NCBI GenBank assembly: GCA_963709345.1
Contig: CAVPVX010000011.1
Span: 32,001-96,000 of the forward strand
Origin: an uncultured Actinomycetes bacterium
GTDB lineage: Bacteria; Actinomycetota; Thermoleophilia; UBA2241
Length of the DNA: 64,000 bases
Direction of reading: 5' to 3'
Part shown: piece by piece, positions 1 through 9,447 of the stretch
Layout of the letters: every line of letters begins with the position of its first letter
Position numbering within the stretch: position 1 is the stretch's first letter
Position numbers and translations under genes: made by a program
The notes under the pieces: generated by a model
Databases searched by the model: none
Told to the model about the DNA's origin: nothing
Seen by the model: the letters and a program-made list of their open reading frames with translations, nothing else

Positions 1-79
1 GTCCGCCGCCGGCGACAGGCGGAGGGGGGGTGACGGTGCCGTCGCTCCCAGATGAGAGCGCTTCGGCGATTGCAGGCGT

Positions 80-595
80 ATGACTGACGCGCTCTACATC
101 GTCGACGGCTACAACGTCCTGCACGCCATGTTCCGCGGCGCCGGCAAAGAGGAGATCTTCGCGCGCCGCGACTGGCTCGCCGGCCAGCTGGCGAGCTTCG
201 TCGCCCTTCGCGGCGCGCGGGCCGTCCTGGTCTTCGATGGGCGCGGCCCAGTCAGCACCACCAGCGTCCCGATGAAGGGGGCGCCGGTCGAGGTGGTGTT
301 CGCCGGCGGCCGCTACACCGCCGACACGCTGATCGCCCGCCGCATCGCCGAACAGCCCGCCGACGTGCAGGTCGTCGTGGTCTCCGCCGATCAGGAGGTC
401 CAGCGCGCCGCCTCGCGTGCCGGCGTCAGCCGGATGACGCCGCCCGAGCTGGCCGGCCACCTGTCCGGCGGCACGCAGCGCGGGCAGGCTCTTGACTCTG
501 CCTCACACTCGACTAGAATGCCCTCACGGCTTGAGGATGAAGTTGACCCTGAGACTTTGCGCAAGCTGGAGGAACTGCGGAACAAGCCGCAGTAG
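80..595 (+). CDS. NYN-domain ribonuclease (YacP/Rae1 family)
   Basis: IVDGYNV, VFDG, TADTLI and VVSAD motifs; lies directly upstream of sigH as in Firmicutes. Confidence 0.85.
   Translation: MTDALYIVDGYNVLHAMFRGAGKEEIFARRDWLAGQLASFVALRGARAVLVFDGRGPVSTTSVPMKGAPVEVVFAGGRYTADTLIARRIAEQPADVQVVVVSADQEVQRAASRAGVSRMTPPELAGHLSGGTQRGQALDSASHSTRMPSRLEDEVDPETLRKLEELRNKPQ
492..519 (+). promoter_or_regulatory. Internal sigma-70 promoter for sigH
   Basis: TTGACT-N16-TAGAAT inside the 3' end of the NYN gene, 138 nt before the sigH ATG. Confidence 0.55.
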
Positions 596-656
596 GCGTT
601 CCGGAGGCTCGATTCACGGAACGTGCAGGGGCAAACGAGCGGAGGTGGGGACAAGA

Positions 657-1334
657 ATGGCTCGCCAGGCCGACCACAGCCGCGGCTCGAGGTCATCTCA
701 CAGCCCTCAACCCTACAGTGAGAGTAACGACTTCGCCCTGGTTCAGGCATACCGCCGGGGGAACCAGGCGGCGCTCGACGCGCTGATGCTGCGCTACCAC
801 CAGTTCGTCCGTCTCAAGGCCAGCTCCTACTTCCTTGCCGGCGGCGACGCCGAGGATCTCATACAGGAGGGCATGCTGGGCCTCTACAAGGCCGTCCGGG
901 ATTACCGCGACGACCGTCTGGCGAGCTTCCGCAGTTTCGCCGAGCTCTGCATCACCCGGCAGATCATCACCGCCATCAAGACGGCGACGCGTCAGAAGCA
1001 CGTGCCGCTGAACGGCTATCTCTCGTTCAGCCAGTCGCCGAGCGACTCGTCGGATGACGGAGACTGCTCGCTCGCCGACGTGCTGCCGGGGCCCACGACA
1101 CACGACCCGGTCAACCAGGTCATCAGCTCGGAGGAGGTCGACAGCCTCACGAGTTGCCTGACGCGCATGCTGTCCGAGCTCGAGGGGAAGGTCCTGCGGT
1201 TCTACCTGCAGGGGCTGAGCTACGAGCGCATCGGCGGCGAACTCGGGTGCGACTGCAAGACGGTCGACAACGCGTTGCAGCGGATCAAGCGCAAGGTCGA
1301 CCTGCATCTCGAGGGGCGGCGCGTTCCCAGCTGA
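657..1334 (+). CDS. sigH: RNA polymerase sigma factor SigH (Spo0H-like)
   Basis: EDLIQEGMLGLYKAVRDY, SFRSFAELCITRQIITAIKTATRQKH, KTVDNALQRIKRK; GGAGG upstream of ATG 657. Confidence 0.9.
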   Translation: MARQADHSRGSRSSHSPQPYSESNDFALVQAYRRGNQAALDALMLRYHQFVRLKASSYFLAGGDAEDLIQEGMLGLYKAVRDYRDDRLASFRSFAELCITRQIITAIKTATRQKHVPLNGYLSFSQSPSDSSDDGDCSLADVLPGPTTHDPVNQVISSEEVDSLTSCLTRMLSELEGKVLRFYLQGLSYERIGGELGCDCKTVDNALQRIKRKVDLHLEGRRVPS

Positions 1335-1347
1335 CCGCGCACGCGTA

Positions 1348-1383
1348 CCGCGGCGCTCCCGTTCCCGAGCGCCGCGGCTTCTC
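1348..1383. terminator. Hairpin between convergent sigH and pilT
   Basis: CCGCGGCGCTC-N8-GAGCGCCGCGG followed by CTTCT. Confidence 0.55.
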
Positions 1384-1386
1384 CCG

Positions 1387-2478
1387 CTAGAACGTCATGA
1401 GGCTGACGTCGTGTCCCTGCTGCTGGACGAGCAGCTTGAAGTCGTGCGGGTTGCTCGCCACCTGGGCTGCGTCGCTGAGGATGATGAGGCCTTCCTCGTA
1501 CAACGTGAGCAGGGCTTGGTCGAAGGTCTGCATCCCGTAGAAGTCACCCTCTTTGATCGCATCACCCACCAGGCCGGCCTGGTCGGGGTCGAGAATGAAG
1601 TCGCGGATCCGGTTCGTGCACACCATGATCTCGATGGCCGGCACGCGGCCCTTGCCGTCCGCGCGCACGAGCAGGCGCTGGCTGATGATGCCCTTGAGAG
1701 TCCCGGCGAGCATGATCCGGATCTGCTTCTGCTGGTGGAGGGGGAAGAAGTCGATGATCCGGTTGATCGTCTCGGTCGCGTCGATGGTATGCAGGGTGCT
1801 CATCACGAAGTGACCGGTCTGGGCGGCTGTGAGCGCCGCCGCCACCGTCTCCGGGTCGCGCATCTCGCCGATGAGGATGTCGTCGGGGTCTTGCCGAAGG
1901 ACGTACTTGAGCGCCGAGGCGTAGGTGTCGGTGTCGAGACCGATCTCTCGCTGGTTGATGATGGACTTCTTGTCTTTGTGGAGGACTTCGATCGGATCCT
2001 CCACGGTGACGATGTGGCGGCGCATGGTGTTGTTGATGTGGTCGATCATCGCCGCCAGCGTGGTGGTCTTGCCGGAGCCGGTCGTGCCCGTCACGAGGAC
2101 GAGCCCGCGCGGTTCCAGCGCGAGCCGCTTGATGATCTCGGGGAGATGCAGCTCCTCGAAGCTGGGGATCCTCGTCGTGACCTGGCGCATGGCCACGCTG
2201 ATGCTGCCGCGCTGCCGGAAGACGTTGACGCGGAACCGGCCGAGGTCCGGGGCGGAGTAGGCGAAGTCGATCTCGTTGTGCTCGCTGAACCGGCGGATCT
2301 GCTTGTCGGTCATGATCGAGGCGGCCACGTCCTTGGTGTCTTCGGGAGTGAGCGGCGGCTCGTCCATCAATACCAGCTCGCCGTCGACGCGGATCACCGG
2401 AGGGCTCCCTGCCTTGATGTGCAGGTCCGACGCGGCGCGTGCCATCATCTCGCTGAGCAGCTGATCGATCGGTTTCAC
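1387..2478 (-). CDS. PilT/PilU family type IV pilus retraction ATPase
   Basis: ASDLHI, Walker A GTTGSGKTT, TVEDPIE, LRQDPD, GEMRD, GMQTFDQ; lacks AIRNLIRE (IRDFILD), so PilU/PilT2-like. Confidence 0.9.
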   Translation of the reverse strand: MKPIDQLLSEMMARAASDLHIKAGSPPVIRVDGELVLMDEPPLTPEDTKDVAASIMTDKQIRRFSEHNEIDFAYSAPDLGRFRVNVFRQRGSISVAMRQVTTRIPSFEELHLPEIIKRLALEPRGLVLVTGTTGSGKTTTLAAMIDHINNTMRRHIVTVEDPIEVLHKDKKSIINQREIGLDTDTYASALKYVLRQDPDDILIGEMRDPETVAAALTAAQTGHFVMSTLHTIDATETINRIIDFFPLHQQKQIRIMLAGTLKGIISQRLLVRADGKGRVPAIEIMVCTNRIRDFILDPDQAGLVGDAIKEGDFYGMQTFDQALLTLYEEGLIILSDAAQVASNPHDFKLLVQQQGHDVSLMTF

Positions 2479-2605
2479 GTGGCGGCCCCGTAGGTAGCGG
2501 TCTCTCTCTCACACTCACTAGTCGGCAGAAGGCGCGAAAAGCTTACTCTTCGCCGCAGCGGCGTGCCTGCCGTCGGAACGCTGCTCCGACCGCCGCGACG
2601 CAGGG

Positions 2606-3646
2606 CTAGAAACGGCCGCCGATCCAGGCGCCTCGACCGTTGAGCGCGCCGTACCGCACGACATCGCCCGTGTGCGGCGCCTCGATGACGGCGCCGCCGC
2701 CGGCATAGATGGCGACGTGGTGACTGAAGCTCGCGTTGCCGAAGAAGACCAGGTCACCGGGGCGCATGTCGCTGAGCGCGACCGGCGTGCTCTGCTGCTG
2801 CTGCACGGTGGCGCCGTGGTACATGTGGATGCCGATCTGGGCATAGCAGTACATGGTGAGACCGGAGCAGTCGAAGCCGCTCGGGCCGGCGCCGCCCCAG
2901 ACGTAGGGGACCCCGAAGTACCGCTGGGCGATTGTGATGATCTCGGGGTGACCCGGGCTGTCCGGGTCGACCGGGGGCGGCGTGATGCCGTTCCAGCTGC
3001 TCTGCGCGGCGAGCCGCGCCGCCCGCTCCGCCGCTTCTCTCAGCCGCTTGATCTCCGACTTGATGCCGCGCGTGAGCCGCCGGAGCTTGGCTTCGAGCGC
3101 GAGCAGCTCGTTCTTGTGTTCCTGGCGCTCCGCGACGAGCCTGGCCGCGGCGCGCTTGTCCGCCTCAAGCTTGACGCGCCGGTCCTTGATGTCACGCTTG
3201 TAGGCGGCGATGCTCTTGACCGTGTCGACATCGCTGTTGCCGAGGCGCTCCATGAGGTCGAGCTGGGTGATGAGGTCGTCGAACGAATCCGCCTCGAAGA
3301 GCACGTCGACGATGCCGACGTCGCGGGTCTTGTAGATGCTCTCGGCGCGCGTCTTGAGCTGGTCGTTCGCCGTCTGCAGATTGCGCTCGGCGAGCTCCAG
3401 TTGCCGCTGGTTCTCGTCGATCTGCTGATTCACGGTGTCGAGCTGGCTGGTGGCCTGGGCGTACTTCTCGACCGCGATCTCGGATTTCAGGTAGACCTGG
3501 TCGAGGTGGGCCTGCACGGCACGCAGACGGGCCTTCTTCTCGGAGATCGGCGACGCCGGCGCTGCCGCGGCTGCGATCAGCAGCACAACGAGCACGCCGA
3601 AGATGGCAGGAAGCGCCGTGCGCAGGGTGCGGGAGCGGTGGTTCAC
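2606..3646 (-). CDS. Secreted coiled-coil NlpC/P60 peptidoglycan endopeptidase (CwlO-like), paralog 1
   Basis: Signal peptide, long coiled coil, PYVWGG..GFDCSGL, HVAIY. Confidence 0.9.
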   Translation of the reverse strand: MNHRSRTLRTALPAIFGVLVVLLIAAAAAPASPISEKKARLRAVQAHLDQVYLKSEIAVEKYAQATSQLDTVNQQIDENQRQLELAERNLQTANDQLKTRAESIYKTRDVGIVDVLFEADSFDDLITQLDLMERLGNSDVDTVKSIAAYKRDIKDRRVKLEADKRAAARLVAERQEHKNELLALEAKLRRLTRGIKSEIKRLREAAERAARLAAQSSWNGITPPPVDPDSPGHPEIITIAQRYFGVPYVWGGAGPSGFDCSGLTMYCYAQIGIHMYHGATVQQQQSTPVALSDMRPGDLVFFGNASFSHHVAIYAGGGAVIEAPHTGDVVRYGALNGRGAWIGGRF

Positions 3647-3727
3647 TCGATGCTGTCCTTTCGCGCCACCAGAGCAGTGACGCGCTGTGAGTACGTCCGG
3701 TTCACGAGGTGAGAACCTATTCGTGCC

Positions 3728-3770
3728 TGAGGGCGCGTTCCCTACCTGCGGCAGGGGACGCGCCCTTCAG
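3728..3770 (-). terminator. Imperfect hairpin between the two NlpC/P60 genes
   Basis: TGAGGGCGCGTTCCCT...AGGGGACGCGCCCTTCA inverted repeat. Confidence 0.45.
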
Positions 3771-3789
3771 ACACTCGCGAGCGTCGGCG

Positions 3790-4842
3790 TCAGGGCCGTC
3801 CGCCTATCCAGGCGTGACCCATGGGGCCGTATCGGACGACGTCGCCGGTGTGCGGCGCGTGGATCATCTGCCCGCCGCCCACGTAGATGCCGACGTGGGA
3901 GCTGAAGCTTGCGTTGCCGAAGAAGACGAGGTCACCGGGCTGCAACGCGCTCAGCGGCACCGGGGTGGTGGCGCGCTGCTGCAGCGTGGCGCCGTGCGCG
4001 AGGCCGACTCCGACCTGCGCGTAGCAGTACATGGTGAGGCCGGAGCAGTCGAAGCCGCTCGGGCTGGCGCCGCCGTACACGTACGGAACGCCGAGGTATC
4101 GCTGAGCGATGGCGACGACCGAGGAGTTGCCGGAACCGCCCGGATCGACGACCGTGCCACCACTGGTGGACCCGCCCGCGCTCTGTTGCGCCGCCTGGGC
4201 GGCCTGGGCCGCGGCGCGCGCCGCGGCCGCCTGCTGGTCCTGGAGGCGCTTGATGTCGGACTTGATGCCGGCCGTCATCTGCTCGAGGCGGTTCTGCAGG
4301 CCGACGATCTCGGCCTTCTGCGTCGCCGCCTCGTCGACCAGCTTGGCGGCGGCCTTCTTGTCGGCGTCGAGGCGGACCCGACGATCCTTGATGTCCTGCC
4401 GGTAGGCGTCGATGCTCTTGACGGTGTCGACGTCGCTGTTGCCGAGGCGCTCCATGAGGTTGAGCTGCGTCACCAGGTCGTCGAAGCTGTCGGCGGCGAA
4501 GAGGACGTCGACCACGCCGACGTCGCGCGTCTTGTAGATGCTCTCGGCTCGTGACGAGAGTTGCGTGTTGGCGACTTCCAGGTTGTACTCGGCGACCTTG
4601 AGCAGACGCTGGTTCTCGCTGATCTGGTGCTGGACGGTGGTGAGCCGGCTCCTGGCCTGGTTGAACTTCTCGAGTGCGACGTCGACTTCATGGTAGACCT
4701 TCTGGAGCTTGGCCTGCACCTGGCGCAGCTGTGCTTTCTTGCTGCTGACGGGAGTGGAGAGGGCGGAAGGAACGAGGGTGAGAGAGAAAAGGATGGCGCC
4801 GAGAAAGACGGAGAGGGTGGTGATTCGTCGTGTGTGCTTCAC
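3790..4842 (-). CDS. Secreted coiled-coil NlpC/P60 endopeptidase, paralog 2
   Basis: GTG start after AGAGGAGG; PYVYGG..GFDCSGL, HVGIY; closely similar to paralog 1. Confidence 0.9.
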   Translation of the reverse strand: MKHTRRITTLSVFLGAILFSLTLVPSALSTPVSSKKAQLRQVQAKLQKVYHEVDVALEKFNQARSRLTTVQHQISENQRLLKVAEYNLEVANTQLSSRAESIYKTRDVGVVDVLFAADSFDDLVTQLNLMERLGNSDVDTVKSIDAYRQDIKDRRVRLDADKKAAAKLVDEAATQKAEIVGLQNRLEQMTAGIKSDIKRLQDQQAAAARAAAQAAQAAQQSAGGSTSGGTVVDPGGSGNSSVVAIAQRYLGVPYVYGGASPSGFDCSGLTMYCYAQVGVGLAHGATLQQRATTPVPLSALQPGDLVFFGNASFSSHVGIYVGGGQMIHAPHTGDVVRYGPMGHAWIGGRP

Positions 4843-5021
4843 TGCATCGCCTCCTCTTTGGGAGTGCCGCCTGGGCGTCACTCCCTCGCTGAGGTGAGCC
4901 CCTTGTGTCTTGCTCTGGTCCTGCCGCACCGCACGTTCGGGCGTCAGACTCACCGACCTCAAGTACGAGACCTTAGCATCCGACCCGGCTCCTGACAACC
5001 GTCGACGCCCGGTCGCCGGCA

Positions 5022-6434
5022 TCACTCCGAGCCGGCGCTCGGGGTCGTGCCGCGAGGGCCTGGGTTCGGCCACATGCGCTTCAGGGCCTGGATGAAAGCC
5101 TTGTTGCGCTCGTCCTTGCGCCAGTTGTGGATGATCACCATGCCCCACCAGTGGAACATGAGCTGCTTGGTGAACTTGAGCGCGAAGATGTAGCGCAGCC
5201 AAGTGCGGATCGAGTAGAAGCGCATGTACCCGCGCAGATCCTCCATCTGCAGCTCGTAGGGGGTCATGAGCTTCGGTTCGAACACGACGTGGTGCGCGTC
5301 GTAGAGGTGCCAGCGCTTGTCGAAGATGCGCCCCGCGGCGTCGAGGTTGTCGTATTGCGGTGTGCCCGGCAGCGGCGTGAGGATGTTCAGCATCACCGTG
5401 TCGATGTGGTTCTTGATCGCGAAGGTCACCGTGTCGCGGACCGTCTGCACGTCGTCGGTGTCGGCGCCGAGCACGAACATGCCGTGACTGCGGATGTCGT
5501 AGTCGTGAAGCTTGCGGATGCCCTCGACGATGTCTTCGACGGTCTGCGCCTTCTCGAAGCTGTCGAGCGTCGCCTGGCTGACCGACTCGAGGCCGAGGTA
5601 GACGAGCTCGCAGCCCGAGTCCCTCATGAGCTCGAGCAGTTCCTCGTCGCGCGTCACGTCGGTGCGCACCTGGGCGGACCAGGGGATGACGAGGTCTTCG
5701 TCGATCATCATGCGCAGGAGCTTCTTGAGGCGCTTCTTGTCGGCGGCCATGTTGTCGTCGTAGAAGAAGATGCGTCCGGGCCGCTTGTCCTTGATCTCGG
5801 CGATCACGCTCTCGGCGCTGCGAAAGCGGTACTTGCGGCCGAACATCGCCGTCACCGAGCAGAAGTTGCAGGCGAACGGGCAGCCCCAGCTTGTCATGAT
5901 CGGGATGGTGGTCAGCCTTTCGCCGCCGACCAGCAGCTTGAGGTCGGGGAAGGGGAGCTCGTCGAGGTCGTCGAGCCGCTCACGGAGTTGGTTGTGAACG
6001 GCTTTGCCGTCACGGCGGAACGAGAGGCCGGCGATGGTGTCCAACTCGCGGTCGCCGGCGAGCGCCTCGATGAGCTCCAGCATGAGCTGCTCGCCGCCCT
6101 CGCCGCGGGCCACGTAGTCGACGTGCTCGAGGGCCTCGTCGGCCATGAACGTGACGTGGGAGCCTCCGATGACGACGGGGATGCCGCGTGCGCGCAGGTT
6201 GTCGGCGTCCTCGTAGGCGGTGGTCGTCGTCGACGTCGTGCTCGAGAGGCCGACCAGATCCGAGGTGTTCACGTCGTCCCAATCGATCGGCGCCATCTGG
6301 GGGTTGTAGACGAGCACATCGTGCCCGTGCGCCTTGAGAGTGGCGGCGATGATCGGCAGGCCGAGGCGCGGCAGAAGGACCTTGGCGTAGACGTGCATCC
6401 CTGGAGGTTCGGGCTCGATGAGGCGGATCTTCAT
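5022..6434 (-). CDS. B12-binding domain radical SAM protein
   Basis: PRLGL, GGSHVT, GEGGE, GCPFACNFC (intact CxxxCxxC), FYDDN, LGLES, PLPGTP; AAGGAG before ATG 6434. Confidence 0.9.
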   Translation of the reverse strand: MKIRLIEPEPPGMHVYAKVLLPRLGLPIIAATLKAHGHDVLVYNPQMAPIDWDDVNTSDLVGLSSTTSTTTTAYEDADNLRARGIPVVIGGSHVTFMADEALEHVDYVARGEGGEQLMLELIEALAGDRELDTIAGLSFRRDGKAVHNQLRERLDDLDELPFPDLKLLVGGERLTTIPIMTSWGCPFACNFCSVTAMFGRKYRFRSAESVIAEIKDKRPGRIFFYDDNMAADKKRLKKLLRMMIDEDLVIPWSAQVRTDVTRDEELLELMRDSGCELVYLGLESVSQATLDSFEKAQTVEDIVEGIRKLHDYDIRSHGMFVLGADTDDVQTVRDTVTFAIKNHIDTVMLNILTPLPGTPQYDNLDAAGRIFDKRWHLYDAHHVVFEPKLMTPYELQMEDLRGYMRFYSIRTWLRYIFALKFTKQLMFHWWGMVIIHNWRKDERNKAFIQALKRMWPNPGPRGTTPSAGSE

Positions 6435-6587
6435 GGCGCTCCTTGAAACGAGGTCTCGGTCGTCGGCCTCTGCGGCGCGGCATGTCGCCACGGCACGAAG
6501 GACACGGACGCTCAAGTCGAGATGATAGTCGCTGGTCGCGACCCTGAAAAGACTGGGGCCTGGGCGGCGATGGCGGCGCCCATCGGC

Positions 6588-6617
6588 AGTCTAACGTAAT
6601 ACTTACGTTACGAGCAA
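6588..6617 (-). promoter_or_regulatory. Promoter with palindromic operator upstream of the radical SAM gene
   Basis: Minus strand TTGCTC-N18-TAGACT; spacer region holds TAACGTAA-N3-TTACGTTA (6592-6610). Confidence 0.65.
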
Positions 6618-6907
6618 CCGTCGCGGCGCGCGCGCTCCTCACGCTTGCGCTCCTTCTGCTCGCGTTGCAGCAGGATGTCTTCGGGACTCCGGAGCAGGAA
6701 GGCGAAGGCGGCATGCGCGGCGACGACGATGCCCCAGGCTCCCGTGGGGATGACGAACCAGGGGAAGCCGCCGCCGGCGAGCACCCAGATCGCGAAGAGG
6801 AAGACACTGATCGCGGCCCACACGATGAGATCTAGCCAGAACCACTGGTGGCGGGCTATGCGCACCGCTTCGCGCTCGCGCAAGGCGGCCTTTCCGAATT
6901 CATCCAT
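6608..6907 (-). CDS. 2TM domain small membrane protein
   Basis: Two hydrophobic helices with FPWFVIPTGAWGIVVAAH signature; overlaps the padR stop. Confidence 0.75.
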   Translation of the reverse strand: MDEFGKAALREREAVRIARHQWFWLDLIVWAAISVFLFAIWVLAGGGFPWFVIPTGAWGIVVAAHAAFAFLLRSPEDILLQREQKERKREERARRDGCS

Positions 6908-7367
6908 GCTCGGCTCCTTGCTGCTCGATGATCGTGGTGATTTCGGCGCGCGTGCGCGTGAGGACGGTGTCGATGCACTCGGCCTGCCGGGAGGAGAGCC
7001 CGGCGCGCCGGGGGAGGCCCAGCTCGAAGCGGTCGAGCAGAGTGCCGAGGGTGAGCCGCTGCCGCTGCGCGTCGGCACGCCGGGAGATGTCGGGCCAACT
7101 CGGCTCCGCCTCGCGCGCCTCCACGGCCCGGACGCCCTGGTCTGTCAGGCGGTACACGCGCAGGCCGTCGTGTTCGTCGGAGGTCACCAGGCCCGATTCC
7201 TCGAGCGCGACGAGCGCCGGGTAGATCGCGCCGGGGCTTGGCCGCCACTGCGTACCGACCTGCCGCTGCAGCTCCTGCATGATGGCGTAGCCGTGGCCTT
7301 CGCCGAGCAAGGCGATGACGGAGAGAAGGGCGGACTTGAGCTCGCCGCGGTTGAACACGCGCGTCAT
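6900..7367 (-). CDS. PadR family transcriptional regulator
   Basis: HGYAIMQEL, WRPSPGAIYPAL..LEESGLV, YRLTDQG. Confidence 0.9.
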   Translation of the reverse strand: MTRVFNRGELKSALLSVIALLGEGHGYAIMQELQRQVGTQWRPSPGAIYPALVALEESGLVTSDEHDGLRVYRLTDQGVRAVEAREAEPSWPDISRRADAQRQRLTLGTLLDRFELGLPRRAGLSSRQAECIDTVLTRTRAEITTIIEQQGAEHG

Positions 7368-7427
7368 GGGCGGTCCGGGTCGGGGGTGAGTGCGGGCGCC
7401 GGTCAAGCGCCGGGCGCGAACGGCACG

Positions 7428-7457
7428 ACCATAACGTAAGTCTTACGTTGACGTCAA
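7428..7457 (-). promoter_or_regulatory. padR promoter with palindromic operator
   Basis: Minus strand TTGACG-N18-TATGGT; AACGTAAG-T-CTTACGTT palindrome at 7433-7449. Confidence 0.7.
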
Positions 7458-7551
7458 AGCGTCGGGACTTCCAGGGTGGGGCGGAGGTCGGCGCCGGTGG
7501 CGACTCGGATACCGGCGCCGGCCGCGACGCGGACCACGGCGGGCCGCCAGG

Positions 7552-8535
7552 TCAGAAGATGAGCGTGCCGAGAAGGTAGACCGCCGCGGCGACGAGGCCT
7601 GCCGCGGGCAGCGTGAGCACCCAGGCCACCATGATGTTGCCGGCGACGCCCCAGCGCACGGCCGAGAGTCTCTGCGTCGAGCCGACGCCCATGATCGCCG
7701 CCGTGATCGTGTGCGTGGTGCTGACCGGGAAGCCGAAGTGCGTCGCGAGTTGGATCACGCTGGCCGCGGCGGTCTCTGCGGCGAACCCGTGGATGGGGTC
7801 GAGCTTGATCACCTTGGAGCCCAGGGTGTGGATGATGCGCCAGCCGCCCGAGTACGTGCCGACGGCCATGGCGAGAGCGCAGGCGAGCTTGACCCACATC
7901 GGGATCTCGAAGGTCTCGACCACGCCGCTCGCGAACAGGGCGAGCGTGATGATGCCCATGGTCTTCTGGGCGTCGTTGGCTCCGTGCGAGAAGGCCATGA
8001 AGCCGGCGGAGATCGGCTGCAGGCCGCGAAACCACTTGTTCACCGGCGCCTGCGACCGCTTGCGCACCAGCCAGATGAGCCCGGTCATCAGCACCCACGC
8101 ACCCACGAAACCGAGCAGCGGGGAGCCGATCATCGGCAGGACGACCTTCTCGATGACGCCGCCCCAGAGCACGCCGTCCACCCCGGCGCTCGCGATCATC
8201 GCACCGATGAGGCCGCCGAAGAGCGCCTGGGAGGAGCTGGAGGGGATGCCGAAGTACCAGGTGACGAAGTTCCAGACCACCGCGCCGACCAGGGCGGAGA
8301 AGATCAGGGGGAGGGTGACGAGCTCGGTATTGACGAGTCCTTCGCCGACGGTCTTGGCGACGCCGGTGTAGAGGAGGGCGCCGAGGAGGTTGAGGCCGGC
8401 GGCCATCATCACGGCGATGCGCGGTGACAACGCGCGCGTCGAGACCGAGGTGGCGATCGCGTTGGCGGTGTCGTGGAAGCCGTTGGTGTAGTCGAAGACG
8501 AGCGCCAGGATGACGATCGCGATGAGAAGGGCCAC
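7552..8535 (-). CDS. pit: Inorganic phosphate transporter (PiT family)
   Basis: NGFHDTANAIATSV, PSSSS, HGANDAQK, PVSTTH motifs. Confidence 0.93.
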   Translation of the reverse strand: MALLIAIVILALVFDYTNGFHDTANAIATSVSTRALSPRIAVMMAAGLNLLGALLYTGVAKTVGEGLVNTELVTLPLIFSALVGAVVWNFVTWYFGIPSSSSQALFGGLIGAMIASAGVDGVLWGGVIEKVVLPMIGSPLLGFVGAWVLMTGLIWLVRKRSQAPVNKWFRGLQPISAGFMAFSHGANDAQKTMGIITLALFASGVVETFEIPMWVKLACALAMAVGTYSGGWRIIHTLGSKVIKLDPIHGFAAETAAASVIQLATHFGFPVSTTHTITAAIMGVGSTQRLSAVRWGVAGNIMVAWVLTLPAAGLVAAAVYLLGTLIF

Positions 8536-8549
8536 GGCCTGCGCTCAGG

Positions 8550-9164
8550 TCAGTTGTGCTTGAGAACGATGCTCTCGATGACGTTGGCGACGTGTTCGCA
8601 CTCATCGATCGCCGCTTCGAGGCTCTCGTAGATATCTTTCCACTTGATGATGTCGGTGCAGGACATGTCGCCGTCGAAGAGGCTGGCGATGGCGTCGCGG
8701 AGGATGCGGTCGCCGTCGTTCTCGAGGCTGTTGATGGCGATGATGCGCTCGTCGAGCCCCTTCGGCTTCTCGAGGTTGTCCATGCACTCCTTGAGCAGCG
8801 GCGTCGCCTTGGCGATGACCCGGGCCTGGCAGTGCGCCTGCTCGGTGATCTCGCCGACCCGGTACAGCACGATCATGTCGGCCGCCGCTTCGATGTTGTC
8901 GAGGATCTCGTCGGTGGTCGCCACGAGGTCGTAGATGTCCTCGCGGTCGATCGGCGTGATGAATGACTTGTTGAGCCGGCGCACGATGTCGTGGACGATC
9001 TTGTCGCCGACGTGCTCGTGTTCGAGGATGGCCGCGGCGATGTTCTTGCGGTCGCTGTCCTCCATGAAACGGACGAGCAGTTGCGCAGCCGCGTCGAGAT
9101 TGGCGGCCAACTCAGAAAACAGCCGGAAGTAGTCGTGCTCTTTGGGGACGAGGCTGAGCTTCAC
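8550..9164 (-). CDS. DUF47 phosphate transport regulator
   Basis: EHVGD, FITPIDREDI, ENDGD, KWKDIYESLE; upstream of pit; GTG start after AAAGGAG. Confidence 0.9.
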   Translation of the reverse strand: MKLSLVPKEHDYFRLFSELAANLDAAAQLLVRFMEDSDRKNIAAAILEHEHVGDKIVHDIVRRLNKSFITPIDREDIYDLVATTDEILDNIEAAADMIVLYRVGEITEQAHCQARVIAKATPLLKECMDNLEKPKGLDERIIAINSLENDGDRILRDAIASLFDGDMSCTDIIKWKDIYESLEAAIDECEHVANVIESIVLKHN

Positions 9165-9447
9165 GAGGGCTCCTTTCCCTACCATGCCCTGTGCCGCGCG
9201 TAATGCTATACGGATTGCCCGGGTGCGCAACCCGTCGGGGCGGCGCCCGACGACCGCTCCGCTCCGTATCGCGTCTCGCCGACGGCGGCGCGACCCCGGT
9301 ACCGTCGGGCTCGCCGAAGGCGCCGCGGTCGCGTTTCCGGACTTGGCAACGGGCCGGGCTAAAGGTCGCGGCCGCAGCAGCCGTTGACGAGGTGGAAGGT
9401 CAACGTTCCGGAGGCGGGCGACCGACGGCGACAAGGAGGTCGTTCAA

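Noticed and set aside
3647-5021. c-di-AMP (ydaO) riboswitch upstream of the NlpC/P60 genes
   Set aside because: The conserved ydaO segments are not recognisable in either leader
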